55,801 nucleotides of DNA from an uncultured Candidatus Saccharibacteria bacterium (GCA_964446595.1 CAYUPY010000003.1:1-55801); one strand, 5' to 3'; positions 1-10,600 are shown, counted from the first letter of the stretch. Numbers and translations are program-made. Notes: generated by a model from the sequence alone, not told the origin.

Positions 1-361
1 TAAATTCATTTCCTTCAATTTTAGTTGGCATTAATAGTAATACTAATAATGCAATATTAACAACAGGAATAAACGCTAATAGGATAAATAGAGGATGATA
101 TCCGGCATCTCTTAGTCTTCTGACAGCAATTGCTACGGATGGTAACAAAAGTGCTAAGTTAACTAGACTAATTAGACAGTTGAAAAGTAATCCGAAAACA
201 TCAGCAATAACTGTAAAGAATCCAGCAACGAAACCTAATGCTAATGAGATTCCGATCATTATTAGGACAAAATACCAATACTGACGTCTGCCAGCGAAGC
301 CGTCAAAGTCAACATAGTGATTCTTAATTACGTCAATGAAGTATTTTTGAATAAAGTCCAT
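1..361 (-). CDS. DUF805-family small membrane protein (C-terminus runs off the window edge)
   Basis: Not in the ORF track (no in-window stop). My translation from ATG 361..359 reads MDFIQKYFIDVIKNHYVDFDGFAGRRQYWYFVL...AVRRLRDAGYHPLFILL. This shows the RR.(E/Q)YW.F.L and RRL.D.G motifs and hydrophobic helices typical of DUF805/YhaH-like proteins. Confidence 0.6.
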   Translation of the reverse strand, partial: MDFIQKYFIDVIKNHYVDFDGFAGRRQYWYFVLIMIGISLALGFVAGFFTVIADVFGLLFNCLISLVNLALLLPSVAIAVRRLRDAGYHPLFILLAFIPVVNIALLVLLLMPTKIEGNEF

Positions 362-397
362 AAAGGTTGTTTAAGAAATTAAGTAAGTGATTGTAGC

Positions 398-700
398 TTA
401 TGCTTCGGCTTCAGCCAACTGTTCTAGTGCTTTCACTGCAGCTTGTTTGTCCCAATTTTGGGTTAGAGTCTTCCAGGCAAGGTTGAAAGCTGGGTCTACA
501 TCATCACTTGCATATTTTGTCTGGCGCATATAGTCGATGGCGTCACATAGGCATTCAGCAGAAACTGAAGGATTCTCTGCAAATGCTTCCTCGATGGTCT
601 GACGTAGCGCAGGCCCCACAGCAAGAATGCTAAACCCAGGAAAAAACTGCTTAAGTTCGTAATAAAACCTTGACTGTTTGCCAGCGAAAGCATCCTCCAC
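398..700 (-). CDS. hypothetical 100-aa protein, co-oriented directly downstream of gatA
   Basis: ORF with a GTG start at 700..698, preceded on the minus strand by TAGGAGGTTTTGAA-GTG (strong AGGAGG Shine-Dalgarno, 7-nt spacer). I recognise no family. Confidence 0.5.
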   Translation of the reverse strand: MEDAFAGKQSRFYYELKQFFPGFSILAVGPALRQTIEEAFAENPSVSAECLCDAIDYMRQTKYASDDVDPAFNLAWKTLTQNWDKQAAVKALEQLAEAEA

Positions 701-711
701 TTCAAAACCTC

Positions 712-2139
712 CTATAGACTTGAGTAGGCAGCAGAAATTTTAAATAATTTGTCCTCTGTGAATTTCGGTGTCATAAACTGCAAGCCAATTGGCAGGCCGT
801 CTTTGTTTTCCCCGCAATTCACGCTGATACCCGGAACGCCAGTTAGGTTAGCAATTACCGTGTAGGCATCTGCCAAGTACATTGCAATCGGATCATCTGT
901 GCGCTCACCGAGCTTGAAAGCTGGTGTGGGGGAAGTAGGTCCTACAATCACATCCACTTGTGCAAAAAGCTTGTCGAGTTCTTGCGTAAGTTTAGTACGA
1001 ACTTTCGTAGCCTGTTTGTAATATGCGTCTGCATATCCAGCACTTAGGGTATAAGTTCCAATTATAACGCGGCGTTTGACCTCGTCTTCCATGTATTTGC
1101 CGCGAGTCTCAACGATGTTTTCGTAATAGTCATCTGACTCGCGGTGACCATAGCGGACACCGTCAAAGCGGGCCATATTTGAGGAGATTTCGGAAGGAAC
1201 CAATACATAGTAAGTTGCGATTCCGTATTTCAAGATTGGCAGTTCAAGCTCGACGATTTCGGCTCCAGCTTTTTGCATCGCCTCAATTGCTGCTTTAACC
1301 TTCTGCTCCACTTCTGGATCGATGCCTTGGGCGAAAAATTCGGCGGGGACTCCGACCTTTAGGCCTTTGAATGAGAATTTTTCGCCAAGCGCCTTCACAT
1401 AATCCGGCACTTCAATTTCGTAAGTGGTGGCATCACGCAGGTCTTTTCCAGCCAACACACCTTCAACAACTGCTACATCTTCCACGGTCTCCGCCAGAAC
1501 TCCGACCGTATCGAAGGAGGAAGCCATTGCAATCAAGCCATAACGAGAATTACGACCATACGTTGGCTTAAATCCAACCAAGCCGGTAAACGCTCCAGGC
1601 TGACGTACTGATCCGCCAGTATCGGTTCCCAAGGCAAACAAGCCTATCCCCGCGGCCTGAGCGGCCGCGGCACCAGAACTAGAACCACCTGGCACATGTT
1701 CTTCATTTACAGGATTCTTTGCTGGTCCAAAACCAGAGTTTTCTCCGCTTCCGCCGTAAGCAAAAGGGTCACAGTTTGTTTTCCCAATCATCACCGCTCC
1801 TGCTGCCTCAATTCGCTCCACTGCGGTGGCAGAATATGGTGCTACAAAGTCACGCAACAGCTGTGAACTGGCGGTTGTGCGAATGTCCTTCGTCATAATT
1901 ACGTCTTTCACCGTGCAAGGCACACCCGCCAAAGGACCGGGGTCTTTTCCCTCAGCCACCATGGCGTCAATCTCCGCTGCACGTTTAAGCGCATACTCTT
2001 CAGTGACCGTAATGAATGCGTTTAGTTCCTTACCACGTGTTTTTGCTAATTCTAAGTGCTGTTTGGCTAACTCAACTGCTGATACCTTGCCTGAACGTAC
2101 ATCGTTTGCTGTTTCAATTATTGATTTATTCTTACTCAT
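712..2139 (-). CDS. gatA: Asp-tRNA(Asn)/Glu-tRNA(Gln) amidotransferase subunit A
   Basis: 475 aa. Amidase signature region GGSSSGAAAAQAAG and the GTDTGGSVRQP motif. Starts 2 nt after the gatC stop. Confidence 0.93.
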   Translation of the reverse strand: MSKNKSIIETANDVRSGKVSAVELAKQHLELAKTRGKELNAFITVTEEYALKRAAEIDAMVAEGKDPGPLAGVPCTVKDVIMTKDIRTTASSQLLRDFVAPYSATAVERIEAAGAVMIGKTNCDPFAYGGSGENSGFGPAKNPVNEEHVPGGSSSGAAAAQAAGIGLFALGTDTGGSVRQPGAFTGLVGFKPTYGRNSRYGLIAMASSFDTVGVLAETVEDVAVVEGVLAGKDLRDATTYEIEVPDYVKALGEKFSFKGLKVGVPAEFFAQGIDPEVEQKVKAAIEAMQKAGAEIVELELPILKYGIATYYVLVPSEISSNMARFDGVRYGHRESDDYYENIVETRGKYMEDEVKRRVIIGTYTLSAGYADAYYKQATKVRTKLTQELDKLFAQVDVIVGPTSPTPAFKLGERTDDPIAMYLADAYTVIANLTGVPGISVNCGENKDGLPIGLQFMTPKFTEDKLFKISAAYSSL

Positions 2140-2141
2140 CT

Positions 2142-2444
2142 TTAATCTTTAACTACAATTTGATTAACTTTAAAGTATCCATTTCCACTTCTCTTCTCTC
2201 CATTTAAGAAAACTTGTTGATTAGTAAGACCTTTTTGCGGTTGATCTGGCTGCAGTATCTGTCCCTGAAAATCCGCCACATGCGAAGCACGCTCTACATC
2301 ATCTACGTCAACCTCTTGCAGCTGCCCCACATAATCTAAAATGTCGGAAATCTCGGTGGCAAACTTGCCCAGCTCTTTGTCAGTTAACTTAATTCTCGCA
2401 AGGTCTGCGATCTTTTGTACTTGCTGTTTAGTGATTTTCGCCAT
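2142..2444 (-). CDS. gatC: Asp-tRNA(Asn)/Glu-tRNA(Gln) amidotransferase subunit C
   Basis: 100 aa. Typical GatC size and N-terminal helix pattern (KIADLARIKLTDKELGKFATEISDILDYVGQLQEVD). Translationally coupled to gatA. Confidence 0.85.
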   Translation of the reverse strand: MAKITKQQVQKIADLARIKLTDKELGKFATEISDILDYVGQLQEVDVDDVERASHVADFQGQILQPDQPQKGLTNQQVFLNGEKRSGNGYFKVNQIVVKD

Positions 2445-2539
2445 GAGGAGAGTTTAGCATAAGTTACACAAACAGTAATTAGCTTGAACTTAGCTAGAGT
2501 AATTGATAACTCTGACCCACAGATTTATGTTTACAAGTA

Positions 2540-2572
2540 GCCCTACTGGTCAGCTTTGCTGACCAGTAGGGC
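2540..2572 (-). terminator. 15-bp perfect stem-loop downstream of the beta-CASP RNase gene
   Basis: gccctactggtcagc-ttt-gctgaccagtagggc lies 28 nt past the stop at 2600. The trailing U-tract on the minus strand is weak (uacuugu). Confidence 0.5.
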
Positions 2573-2599
2573 CTCGTTGGTTCCCTTACAACCTGAAGA

Positions 2600-3955
2600 T
2601 TACTCCAATTCTACCTTCTCGCCACGATCAGGGATATATGGATGGTCTAGACTAATGTCTTTCATATGATCACGCATACGATCGGCACGGTCCATTTCAG
2701 CGTGGATTAGGAAGGTTTTCTTTAGCCTTGGTGTATTGTAACGCTTTAACCAATGCACGTAGTCATTAGTATCACCATGAGCAGAGAAACCACGTAAATG
2801 ATATATTCCGGCCTTCACCTGAACCTGAGTTTCATCTACTTCCACTTGAGTCTCACCTTCAATTAAAGCCCGTCCTAAAGTTTTTTCTGCCTGATATCCC
2901 ACAAAGATAAAACTATTCTTCTCATCAGAGATGTTATTCATAATATGCATTAGAATGCGTCCACCTTCGGCCATCCCGCTACCTGCAATTACAACCTGCC
3001 CTCTCTTTTTGGATAGCTTCTGCGACTTACGATGGTGGCGCACAAAACCTAGTCCAGGGAAGTTAAAGTTGGACTCCTGTGAGTGATCCAAAGCGGCACT
3101 GTAAATATCGGTTACTCTCTGAGCCATTGGGCTGTCCAGCCATACAGGTAAGTCTTCTGGTAAAGCCCCACCTTGTTTGGCTAGCTTTAGATCATTCAAA
3201 ATTTCTTGAGTACGTTGTACTGCGAAACAAGGAATATAAGCAGTGCCACCACGTTCAATTGTTTCCTTAATGATCCTTACTAATTCATTAACGGATTCGG
3301 CGCGGTTAGGGTGAGTCTCACCTCCGTATAGAGATTCCATTAATACATAGTCAACTTCACGTTTGTAGTTTGTATCAAACCCCTCAATCAGATCCTGGTT
3401 CAAACGACCAATATCTCCAGAGAAGACAACAACTTTACCGTTGTATTCAACTTCATAAGTTGCAGCACCCAAAATGTGTCCTGCAACTCGAGCAGTTACT
3501 TTGACTCCTGGTACTGGTTCAAACTCTTCATCATAATTAACTACCTTTAATGCATGCACCGCATCATCTGCATCCTTCGCATCATAAACTAGCTCTACTC
3601 TTTTAGAAAATTTCCATGGAATACCTTCTGCATAGTTATTTTCCTGAATTTTGGCGGAGTCACGCATAATAATCTCGGCAATCTGGGCTGTATGCAAAGT
3701 TGCATATACGTCACCACGATAACCATGACGGAACAACTTAGGCAATAAGCCTGTATGATCCAGGTGAGCATGGGTTAATAAAACAAAATCAATCTCTTCT
3801 GGATTGAAGTCTAGAGGCTCAAAGTTTCTTTCTTCTACAGTTGGACCCTGGTACATACCCATGTCCACTAGAAACTTAACATCGTCTGCCTCGACAAGAA
3901 AATTGGAGCCCGTAACAGTACGGGTTGCCCCCAAAAATTTAATTGAAAACGACAT
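2600..3955 (-). CDS. metallo-beta-lactamase / beta-CASP family ribonuclease (CPSF/RNase J-like)
   Basis: N-terminal FLGATRTVTGS and HAHLDHTG (HxHxDH), with later D and H motifs (SGDIGR, FSAHGD). ATG at 3955 is preferred over the track's TTG at 3970. Confidence 0.85.
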   Translation of the reverse strand: MSFSIKFLGATRTVTGSNFLVEADDVKFLVDMGMYQGPTVEERNFEPLDFNPEEIDFVLLTHAHLDHTGLLPKLFRHGYRGDVYATLHTAQIAEIIMRDSAKIQENNYAEGIPWKFSKRVELVYDAKDADDAVHALKVVNYDEEFEPVPGVKVTARVAGHILGAATYEVEYNGKVVVFSGDIGRLNQDLIEGFDTNYKREVDYVLMESLYGGETHPNRAESVNELVRIIKETIERGGTAYIPCFAVQRTQEILNDLKLAKQGGALPEDLPVWLDSPMAQRVTDIYSAALDHSQESNFNFPGLGFVRHHRKSQKLSKKRGQVVIAGSGMAEGGRILMHIMNNISDEKNSFIFVGYQAEKTLGRALIEGETQVEVDETQVQVKAGIYHLRGFSAHGDTNDYVHWLKRYNTPRLKKTFLIHAEMDRADRMRDHMKDISLDHPYIPDRGEKVELE

Positions 3956-4003
3956 AATTTTTCGTTTCAAAAATAAAATATGTTTTTTCGTTTTGGCGGC
4001 GTG

Positions 4004-5188
4004 CTACTCTTCTTCTAGCACGCCGCGATAACTTAAATCTGGATAGTTGAAGGCTTCAGTCACCTCATCAAAATCACCCTCACTAACTCTTACCCAACTA
4101 AAAACAGTTGAGTTTGGAGTTCTTTCTTCAACTAGTTTTAACAAAACAGCACCGTCTCGACATTCAACAGAATTACTATCGACTGTATTGCGGTTACTGG
4201 AAAGTCTGCTGAAAATTTCTGTACTGATTTCCGATACAGGGTCGTATGATTCTACTTTAGTTCCACTCTCAGCAGTTGACAATAGCATATAAGCTAAGGT
4301 GTCTGTACTACGACATAAGAATTCGTATCTGCCAGTTTGATTAATTAATGTTAATTCACTCGTCTCTAAATTCAGTTGTGCTGTAATTATAGCACCATCA
4401 GCATTTTTCCCGCTCACATATATCTCGTTTCTGCCAAAGCCAAGATTTACTGCGGAAACTTCTGCAAATAAATCGAGTTGATCGCTCGTTAGAGTTGCCA
4501 CTAAGTTACTACCTTCATTTTGAGCTGCACTTTGGTAAATATTATAAGCTATCACACCGTTACCCAGAGGTTGGGTAGTAACATACCTATCACTAAAGTA
4601 ATCACTTAACTCCCCCTGTACCTGGAAAATTTTACGTAGCTCAGAATTCTTTAAGTCGTAGCGATGCATCCATTTATTAGCCCCACTTCCTTGGGTGAAT
4701 ACAATCGTGGAATTGGTTTCCCAGAAGTAATTATCTATACCTGCTTCTGACTCAGCAAACGAAGTTAAAGTTTGCCAATTAGCCCGACTAGGGGTGTATA
4801 GGAGTAGATCATCCTTAGCTCCCTCACGCACCTTCCCTATTACGCTTACGTAATCTTGACCAGGTGACCATTTAATCTCCCGCCAATCTTGATTATCTAA
4901 ATCTATAGTTGACTCCAGTTCCAGCTCTACTGAACCCTCTCGTTCAGTACCAAGCAGATCAAGCATTCTTTTGTCCGTAATACCTGCATATTGAAAATTA
5001 CGATCAATCAAGATTTGGGTATTTGCAGTACTGGTAGTGATACTACTGCTACTATTATTGCCTCCATTACCGTTCATGATAGGGGAAGAGGGAAAGAATA
5101 AGGCTAAGCTTAAAATACAGAGTAAACTGACAACAAAGAGTGCAGCCAATCCAATCCCAATGTTTTTAAAGGCAATTACTTTCGGCAT
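4004..5188 (-). CDS. hypothetical membrane-anchored extracytoplasmic protein (possible beta-propeller)
   Basis: 394 aa with an N-terminal TM helix (IGIGLAALFVVSLLCILSLALFF) and a Ser/Asn-rich spacer. No family recognised. Confidence 0.55.
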   Translation of the reverse strand: MPKVIAFKNIGIGLAALFVVSLLCILSLALFFPSSPIMNGNGGNNSSSSITTSTANTQILIDRNFQYAGITDKRMLDLLGTEREGSVELELESTIDLDNQDWREIKWSPGQDYVSVIGKVREGAKDDLLLYTPSRANWQTLTSFAESEAGIDNYFWETNSTIVFTQGSGANKWMHRYDLKNSELRKIFQVQGELSDYFSDRYVTTQPLGNGVIAYNIYQSAAQNEGSNLVATLTSDQLDLFAEVSAVNLGFGRNEIYVSGKNADGAIITAQLNLETSELTLINQTGRYEFLCRSTDTLAYMLLSTAESGTKVESYDPVSEISTEIFSRLSSNRNTVDSNSVECRDGAVLLKLVEERTPNSTVFSWVRVSEGDFDEVTEAFNYPDLSYRGVLEEE

Positions 5189-5206
5189 CGATTTAGTCTA
5201 GCATGA

Positions 5207-5773
5207 TCAAAGCTGAAAAATAAGTTCGATCAGTTTAACTCCGGTCTGAAAAGTCTCAGCTAGAGTATCATGTTCCGTAATGTGAATTGTTACTTCCAAA
5301 CCAGCGTTATCGCAGGCATAGGCCATCCTAATTACATCCCCTCTTTTACCTATTATGGCTACATTTTCTAAATTTGGTTCTAGGTCAACCAGATTGCCAC
5401 AAAATTCCTTTACGTTGGTAGCTGCATAGTCAGGAGTGAACATTACATCTGGATAGGACGCGTCTAAACCTGAAGAGTAGTCACGCAGAGTTGTTGTATC
5501 TGGGGCAAAAAGATATGCCCGGTCAAAGTCTATCAATACATTCGTATCTGCGGGGTAAATGAGGGCTGCAACCGATATGTTTTTCCCTGACCCACCGAAA
5601 AGTGTGGTGTCTAAGTAAGTATCGCTAACGAAGTAGTTAATGACAAATGGGGCGATTGACCCTAAAAGAATTAACGACACTATTACAGTGAGGATGTTGC
5701 GCACACTAAAATATTTTTTAAATCGGGTGCGCAACACATCCCCCAAGCGTCGGTGAGTGTACTTAATTTGCAT
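5207..5773 (-). CDS. hypothetical membrane-anchored protein
   Basis: The internal ATG at 5773..5771 (MQIKYTHRR...) overlaps the transketolase stop by 1 nt (TAATG). The longer track ORF (to 5833) would overlap the tkt coding sequence. One TM helix (ILTVIVSLILLGSIAPFVINYF). Confidence 0.5.
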   Translation of the reverse strand: MQIKYTHRRLGDVLRTRFKKYFSVRNILTVIVSLILLGSIAPFVINYFVSDTYLDTTLFGGSGKNISVAALIYPADTNVLIDFDRAYLFAPDTTTLRDYSSGLDASYPDVMFTPDYAATNVKEFCGNLVDLEPNLENVAIIGKRGDVIRMAYACDNAGLEVTIHITEHDTLAETFQTGVKLIELIFQL

Positions 5774-6735
5774 TACAACAAAGAATGACAGGCAGATAAG
5801 ATGTTTTCTACAGTTAGGCCTCTGCTCTGCCATAGCTCTTCGCTTGACTTCGCCGTCTCGCCAAATGTATCTTCCACCCCTATCATCTGCATTTTAAAGT
5901 CAACTTTGTGCTGAAGGAGTGTTTCCGCAATTGCGCTGCCCAGGCCGCCGGCACGTTGATGCTCTTCTACGGTAATTACCCGGCCGGTGGCCTGGGCAGC
6001 CTCCACAACACCAGCCACATCCAAGGGCTTAATGGTATGTATGTTGGCGACTGAGAAATGAAACCCCTTTTCTACAAGTTGCGCACTGGCCTGAAGAGCT
6101 AGATCTACCATATAGCCACAGGCGAAAATTACGCCATCACCGCCGCCGCGCAGCCTTTGCAGCTCCCCAAATCGCGGCGGCTGGTAAATACTTTTATCTA
6201 CAAGAGGATGACTTTCTAAGTCAGGTGCTGCTGAGCGTCCAATTCTAAGATAAACTGCTCCATCAATTTCAGCAATTTCCTGAGCAAATTGTTTTGTTTG
6301 ATGATAATCAGCTGGCACAACTACCTGCATATTGGGCAGAGTCCGCATAATAGCGATGTCTTCTAGAGCTTGAATTTGAATTCCATCAGCGGCAAAACTA
6401 AAGCCACCATGGGAAGAGACTATCTTCACAGGCGCGTTCATAATACAAATGGAAGTACGTATCTGATCAAGATTGCGCATTGGCTGAAAAGAGGAAAAAG
6501 AACCAATATACGGAATCTTACCGCTTAGTGCTAACCCTGCAGCAATACCAGCCATATTTTGTTCAGCAATCCCTACCTCTATAAATCTTTCGGGATACCT
6601 TTGAGCGAAGGCTACCATCTTTACTGAGCTGGCTAAATCCGCAGTAAGTGCAATTACGTCCTTATTTCTATGACCTAATTCTAATAAACCGTCACCAAAT
6701 CCGTCACGAATGGTTTTTTCTTTTGATTCTCCCAT
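5773..6735 (-). CDS. transketolase, C-terminal (pyrimidine-binding) subunit
   Basis: 320 aa. Motifs FIEVGIAEQNMAGIAAGLA and the C-terminal TKC-like region. Adjacent to the N-terminal subunit (split tkt). Confidence 0.9.
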   Translation of the reverse strand: MGESKEKTIRDGFGDGLLELGHRNKDVIALTADLASSVKMVAFAQRYPERFIEVGIAEQNMAGIAAGLALSGKIPYIGSFSSFQPMRNLDQIRTSICIMNAPVKIVSSHGGFSFAADGIQIQALEDIAIMRTLPNMQVVVPADYHQTKQFAQEIAEIDGAVYLRIGRSAAPDLESHPLVDKSIYQPPRFGELQRLRGGGDGVIFACGYMVDLALQASAQLVEKGFHFSVANIHTIKPLDVAGVVEAAQATGRVITVEEHQRAGGLGSAIAETLLQHKVDFKMQMIGVEDTFGETAKSSEELWQSRGLTVENILSACHSLL

Positions 6736-6739
6736 AATC

Positions 6740-7600
6740 TTACAAGTCCTTATCTAACTGATCTAATTCGGCGAGGCCCTGCGCCAATTCTTCGTCGTTT
6801 GGAGCTTTTCCATGCCACTGCCATTTATTTTCCATAAAGCTAACCCCTTTGCCAGGAATCGTATTAGCTATAATTATTGTAGGTTTATGTTGTACAAGTG
6901 TCGTCTTCCCTAGGGCGAAGGCTATTTGTTCATAATCATGACCATCAATCTCCAGTACATTCCACCCAAAAGCCTCAAACTTACGATTAACCGGTTCTAA
7001 GGGCATGATATTCTTCGTATCATCAGAAAGCTGGATACCATTATTGTCTAAAATTACCACGAGCTCATTCAGCCGTTCTTTAGCCGCAAACATAATGGCT
7101 TCCCAAGTTTGCCCTTCATTAAGCTCGCCGTCACTCACAATGCAGTAAGTACGAAATGGGGGTTTAGCTATCGAGCCTATATTTTCACGACGGAACCTAG
7201 ATTCTAAGGCGAACCCGCAGGCCACCGAAAAACCCTGGCCAAGAGAACCTCCTGTCGTTTCTACCCCTATGTCTAGGTTGCGAAAAGCATGACCCTGTAA
7301 CAGAGAGCCGAATTGGCGCGAGGTTTTCAATTCTGATTTTGCAAAGAAACCTCGCGCCGCCAGCACAGCATACAATCCCGGCACTTGGTGTGCCGGTGAT
7401 AGCACAAACTTATCACGATCTTCTTTTGCAGGGTTGGCTGGATCAACATTTAAATGCTTAAAGTATAAATAGACTAATATATCAGCAATACCCATAGCCC
7501 CTCCAGGATGACCGGATCCAGCAGCGTGAACTAACTTAAGAATATCTTTTCTTACCTCGTTAGCTATTGCCGGTAAATTGTAAGTTGTCGATTTAGACAT
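6740..7600 (-). CDS. transketolase, N-terminal (thiamine-diphosphate-binding) subunit
   Basis: Motifs GSGHPGG and the GDG-like SDGELNEGQTWEA. The start at ATG 7600 (MSKSTTYNLP...) avoids overlap with the upstream gene, which ends at 7641. Confidence 0.9.
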   Translation of the reverse strand: MSKSTTYNLPAIANEVRKDILKLVHAAGSGHPGGAMGIADILVYLYFKHLNVDPANPAKEDRDKFVLSPAHQVPGLYAVLAARGFFAKSELKTSRQFGSLLQGHAFRNLDIGVETTGGSLGQGFSVACGFALESRFRRENIGSIAKPPFRTYCIVSDGELNEGQTWEAIMFAAKERLNELVVILDNNGIQLSDDTKNIMPLEPVNRKFEAFGWNVLEIDGHDYEQIAFALGKTTLVQHKPTIIIANTIPGKGVSFMENKWQWHGKAPNDEELAQGLAELDQLDKDL

Positions 7601-7640
7601 TTTAGATGTTATAAATTTAGGCGAACCGAAAGACGGGAAT

Positions 7641-10600
7641 TTACTTGTCTTTGTTTTTTCGGTTTTTAAGATACAAATAGATGGCGACACCTGCTCCCAC
7701 TATCAATAATAGCAAACAGATTACAAATAACCACCAAATACGATTACTCGATCTGATGACTAATAACTCAACCGTCTCCGATCTAATTATCCCTACGTTG
7801 GACTGAAGTTGGGCGAAAAGATTCAATTGTAAAGTGTCATCGTTAACTACGCGAGCCCGATACTCTATCCCCATTACTTGTCCTGGGGCAAGGTTAAACT
7901 CACCTGTACTTAAAACATTATCGGTTGAAACACGAATCTCGTCAGCAGGTAACACCTGGCTTAGACTGGTCAAAGAGCCATCCACTACCACTATTTGCGA
8001 TGGCAGTTGTTGAGTCAACTTAAGACGAGTCTGAATCTCATCAGTATTATTCTGAATTTCTAGTTTTACAATGAACTCTTCCAGTAAGTTGACCGCAGGC
8101 TCTCCATCATCTGTAATTATCTGTATCTTAATATCTCTAAAGTCAATTACAGCAAGAACACTACGCACAATAACTCTAGCGGCTGTGTTAATTAAGTCTC
8201 CCGTGCCTATTCGAATAAATATAGGGATGGAGCCAATAATATCACCCACAGGAACGTCATAACAGTTATATGAATTGGTTTCACTATTGTACACACACTC
8301 TTTTTCACCACCGTTTTCACCAACTTTAATACTTATTCCTAAGACAGGAGGTGCTACATCTGGGGGCATCTTTACTTCACAATCAGTAGTTCCAGACTGT
8401 TGGACTTCGCCACAACTAACTTGAGTACGATCTATATCATCCTCATCCAGTTGCGGACGCTCTTCTGAAACCGGAATATCTGTAGTTGTACTACTAGTGC
8501 TAGAAATTGTACTTGTGGTAGTACTTGTACTACTTGATGTTGTTGTAGTGGCAGAGCTACTAGTTGCTGATGAGGTGGAACTACTAGTTGCAACTGCAGT
8601 TATGCTGACAGTTTCTCCAGTGTTGGTTTGAGTCGAACTAGTCCAAGCAAAAATAGTATGCGTACCTACACTGCTACCTGTTGGCACACTAGCACAAGTA
8701 ACTGTAGTTCCTGCTCTTGAGCATCCTCCTACTGCCGCGGCACTACCAATTGATATCTGAAAATCACCTGGAAGCAATATGTGTGTAGGTAGACTAAATG
8801 TACATGTGGTAGTTGAGTTTATCTGCGCGGGATTACAACTAAAGGTTAATCCAGGGATATCAGCAGTACTTAAAGTCCGAAAAGGTGTGATGCCATTAAT
8901 ATCTGCGGCAGGTCCTGCGCCATTAGCATTTATAGCCTCTACTCTAAAATCATAAGTTATTCCAGCAACAAGTCCAGTTACAGTTGCCCCAGTTGTGGCA
9001 GTTACACCATCGGCAAATACACTGTAGAGACTATCACTATCCTCCTTGTAACTCACCCTATAGTCAGTAATGGTTAATCCGCCGTTGGTAGCGGGAGCAT
9101 TCCAGGTCAATGTTACCTGCTGCTCACCAGCTGTACCGTTTAAATTCTGAACAGCTCCTGGAACAGAAGTAATATTCACTGTTTCCCCTGAGTTGGTTTG
9201 TATAGAAGCTGTCCAACCATAAATCGCCTGACTTCCCACACTCACACCTGTAGGGATATTATTACACGTCACAGTTGTACCTACCCGTGAACACCCACCA
9301 GCCGGAGTACCTGCTCCAATTGATACCTGAAAATCACCTGGAAGCAATATGTGCGTGGCTAAATTGAATGAACAGGTTGTAGTACTATTAATTTGCGCTG
9401 ATGCACAAGCCATAGTTAACCCAGGGATGTCTGCACTACCCAGAGTACGGTAAGGGGTGAATCCTGTTATATCCGTATTCGGGCCAGTACCAACTGAGTT
9501 AACTGCGGCAACCCTGAAGTCATAACTAGTACCGGCTGTTAGTCCAGTTACAGTAGTTCCTGTAATCGAAGTCACCCCATCTGCATAAGAAGAGTATCCT
9601 GGCATACCAGTTTCGCGATAACTCACCACATAGTCTGTAATTGCCGCACCACCATCACTTGCCGGGGCATTCCATGTTAAGACTACTTGTTCTTCTCCCA
9701 CTGCCCCAGCCAAATTCTGCACAGCACTGGGAGCAGTCGCAGCGGGTGTTGGTGTAGCGCTTGCTACATTAGATATAGGACCTTGCCCTACGGAATTTAC
9801 GGCGCTTACCCTAAAATCATAGCTCACTCCGTTATTTAATCCCGTAACTGTAACAGCAGTGGATGCACTAGTACCATCAGCAAATATGCTATAGGTTGGC
9901 TGAGCTGTTTCCTTGTATTCAATTATATAGTCAGTAATAGCACTACCGTTATTGCCAGGAGCTGACCAAGAAAGATCAACTTCGGAATCTGATCCTGATG
10001 CACCCAAGTCTCCAATAGCCAAAGGCACATCGACTGGTGTAGCACTATCAACATTAGAATAGGCCCCTTGCCCTTGTGCATTTACAGCTGCTATCCGGAA
10101 GTCATAACTAGTACCATTAGCTAACCCTGTAATTGTAGCTCCAGTAGCTGCACTAACCCCGTCATTGAACACGCTATACGTCGGTTGGGCTGTCTCTTTG
10201 TACTCAACTATATAGTCTGTGATTGTGTTACCGTTATTATTTGGTGCACTCCAAGTCAAAGATGCTTCAGCAGCTCCTGCGACAGCATTCAGATCGGAAG
10301 CAGCTAATGGCGTGCCGGACGGCGTTGACTGCTGGGCCGCAGTGGGTGCACCTGTTCCGGTCGAGTTTACTGCTGCAACTCTAAATTCATAGTCTGTACC
10401 ATTTGCCAGCCCTGTGACCAATGCAGTTGTGGCAGCACTTACACCGTCGCTAAAAGTAGTGTAACTGGGTGCACCTACAACGCGATACTCAATTACGTAA
10501 TCAGTAATTACTCCACTTTCATACTGCTCCTCTGTCCCTATGGAAATGTGAGTAGTATTATTTGCCATGTTTTCGTATTCAGTGGCAATCCAGTCGGCTG

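Noticed and set aside
7601-7690. N-terminal extensions of track ORFs: 7601..7690 (tkt N subunit), 5774..5833, 15762..15824, 31357..31404, 38563..38592, 21313..21330, 3956..3970, 32030..32035.
   Set aside because: The extensions overlap the coding end of the upstream gene or start at TTG/GTG directly after a stop. Internal ATGs give N-termini that match the family-typical starts (MKKLSLIIPVYNE, MSKSTTYNLP and others).
8481-8588. Repetitive Ser/Thr-coding DNA, here and at about 12400..12460, 14870..14930, 16795..16850, 38361..38450 and 45811..46000. I considered these as possible CRISPR-like or non-coding tandem repeats.
   Set aside because: All are in frame within long ORFs and encode inter-domain S/T linkers. 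There is no regular repeat-spacer periodicity.
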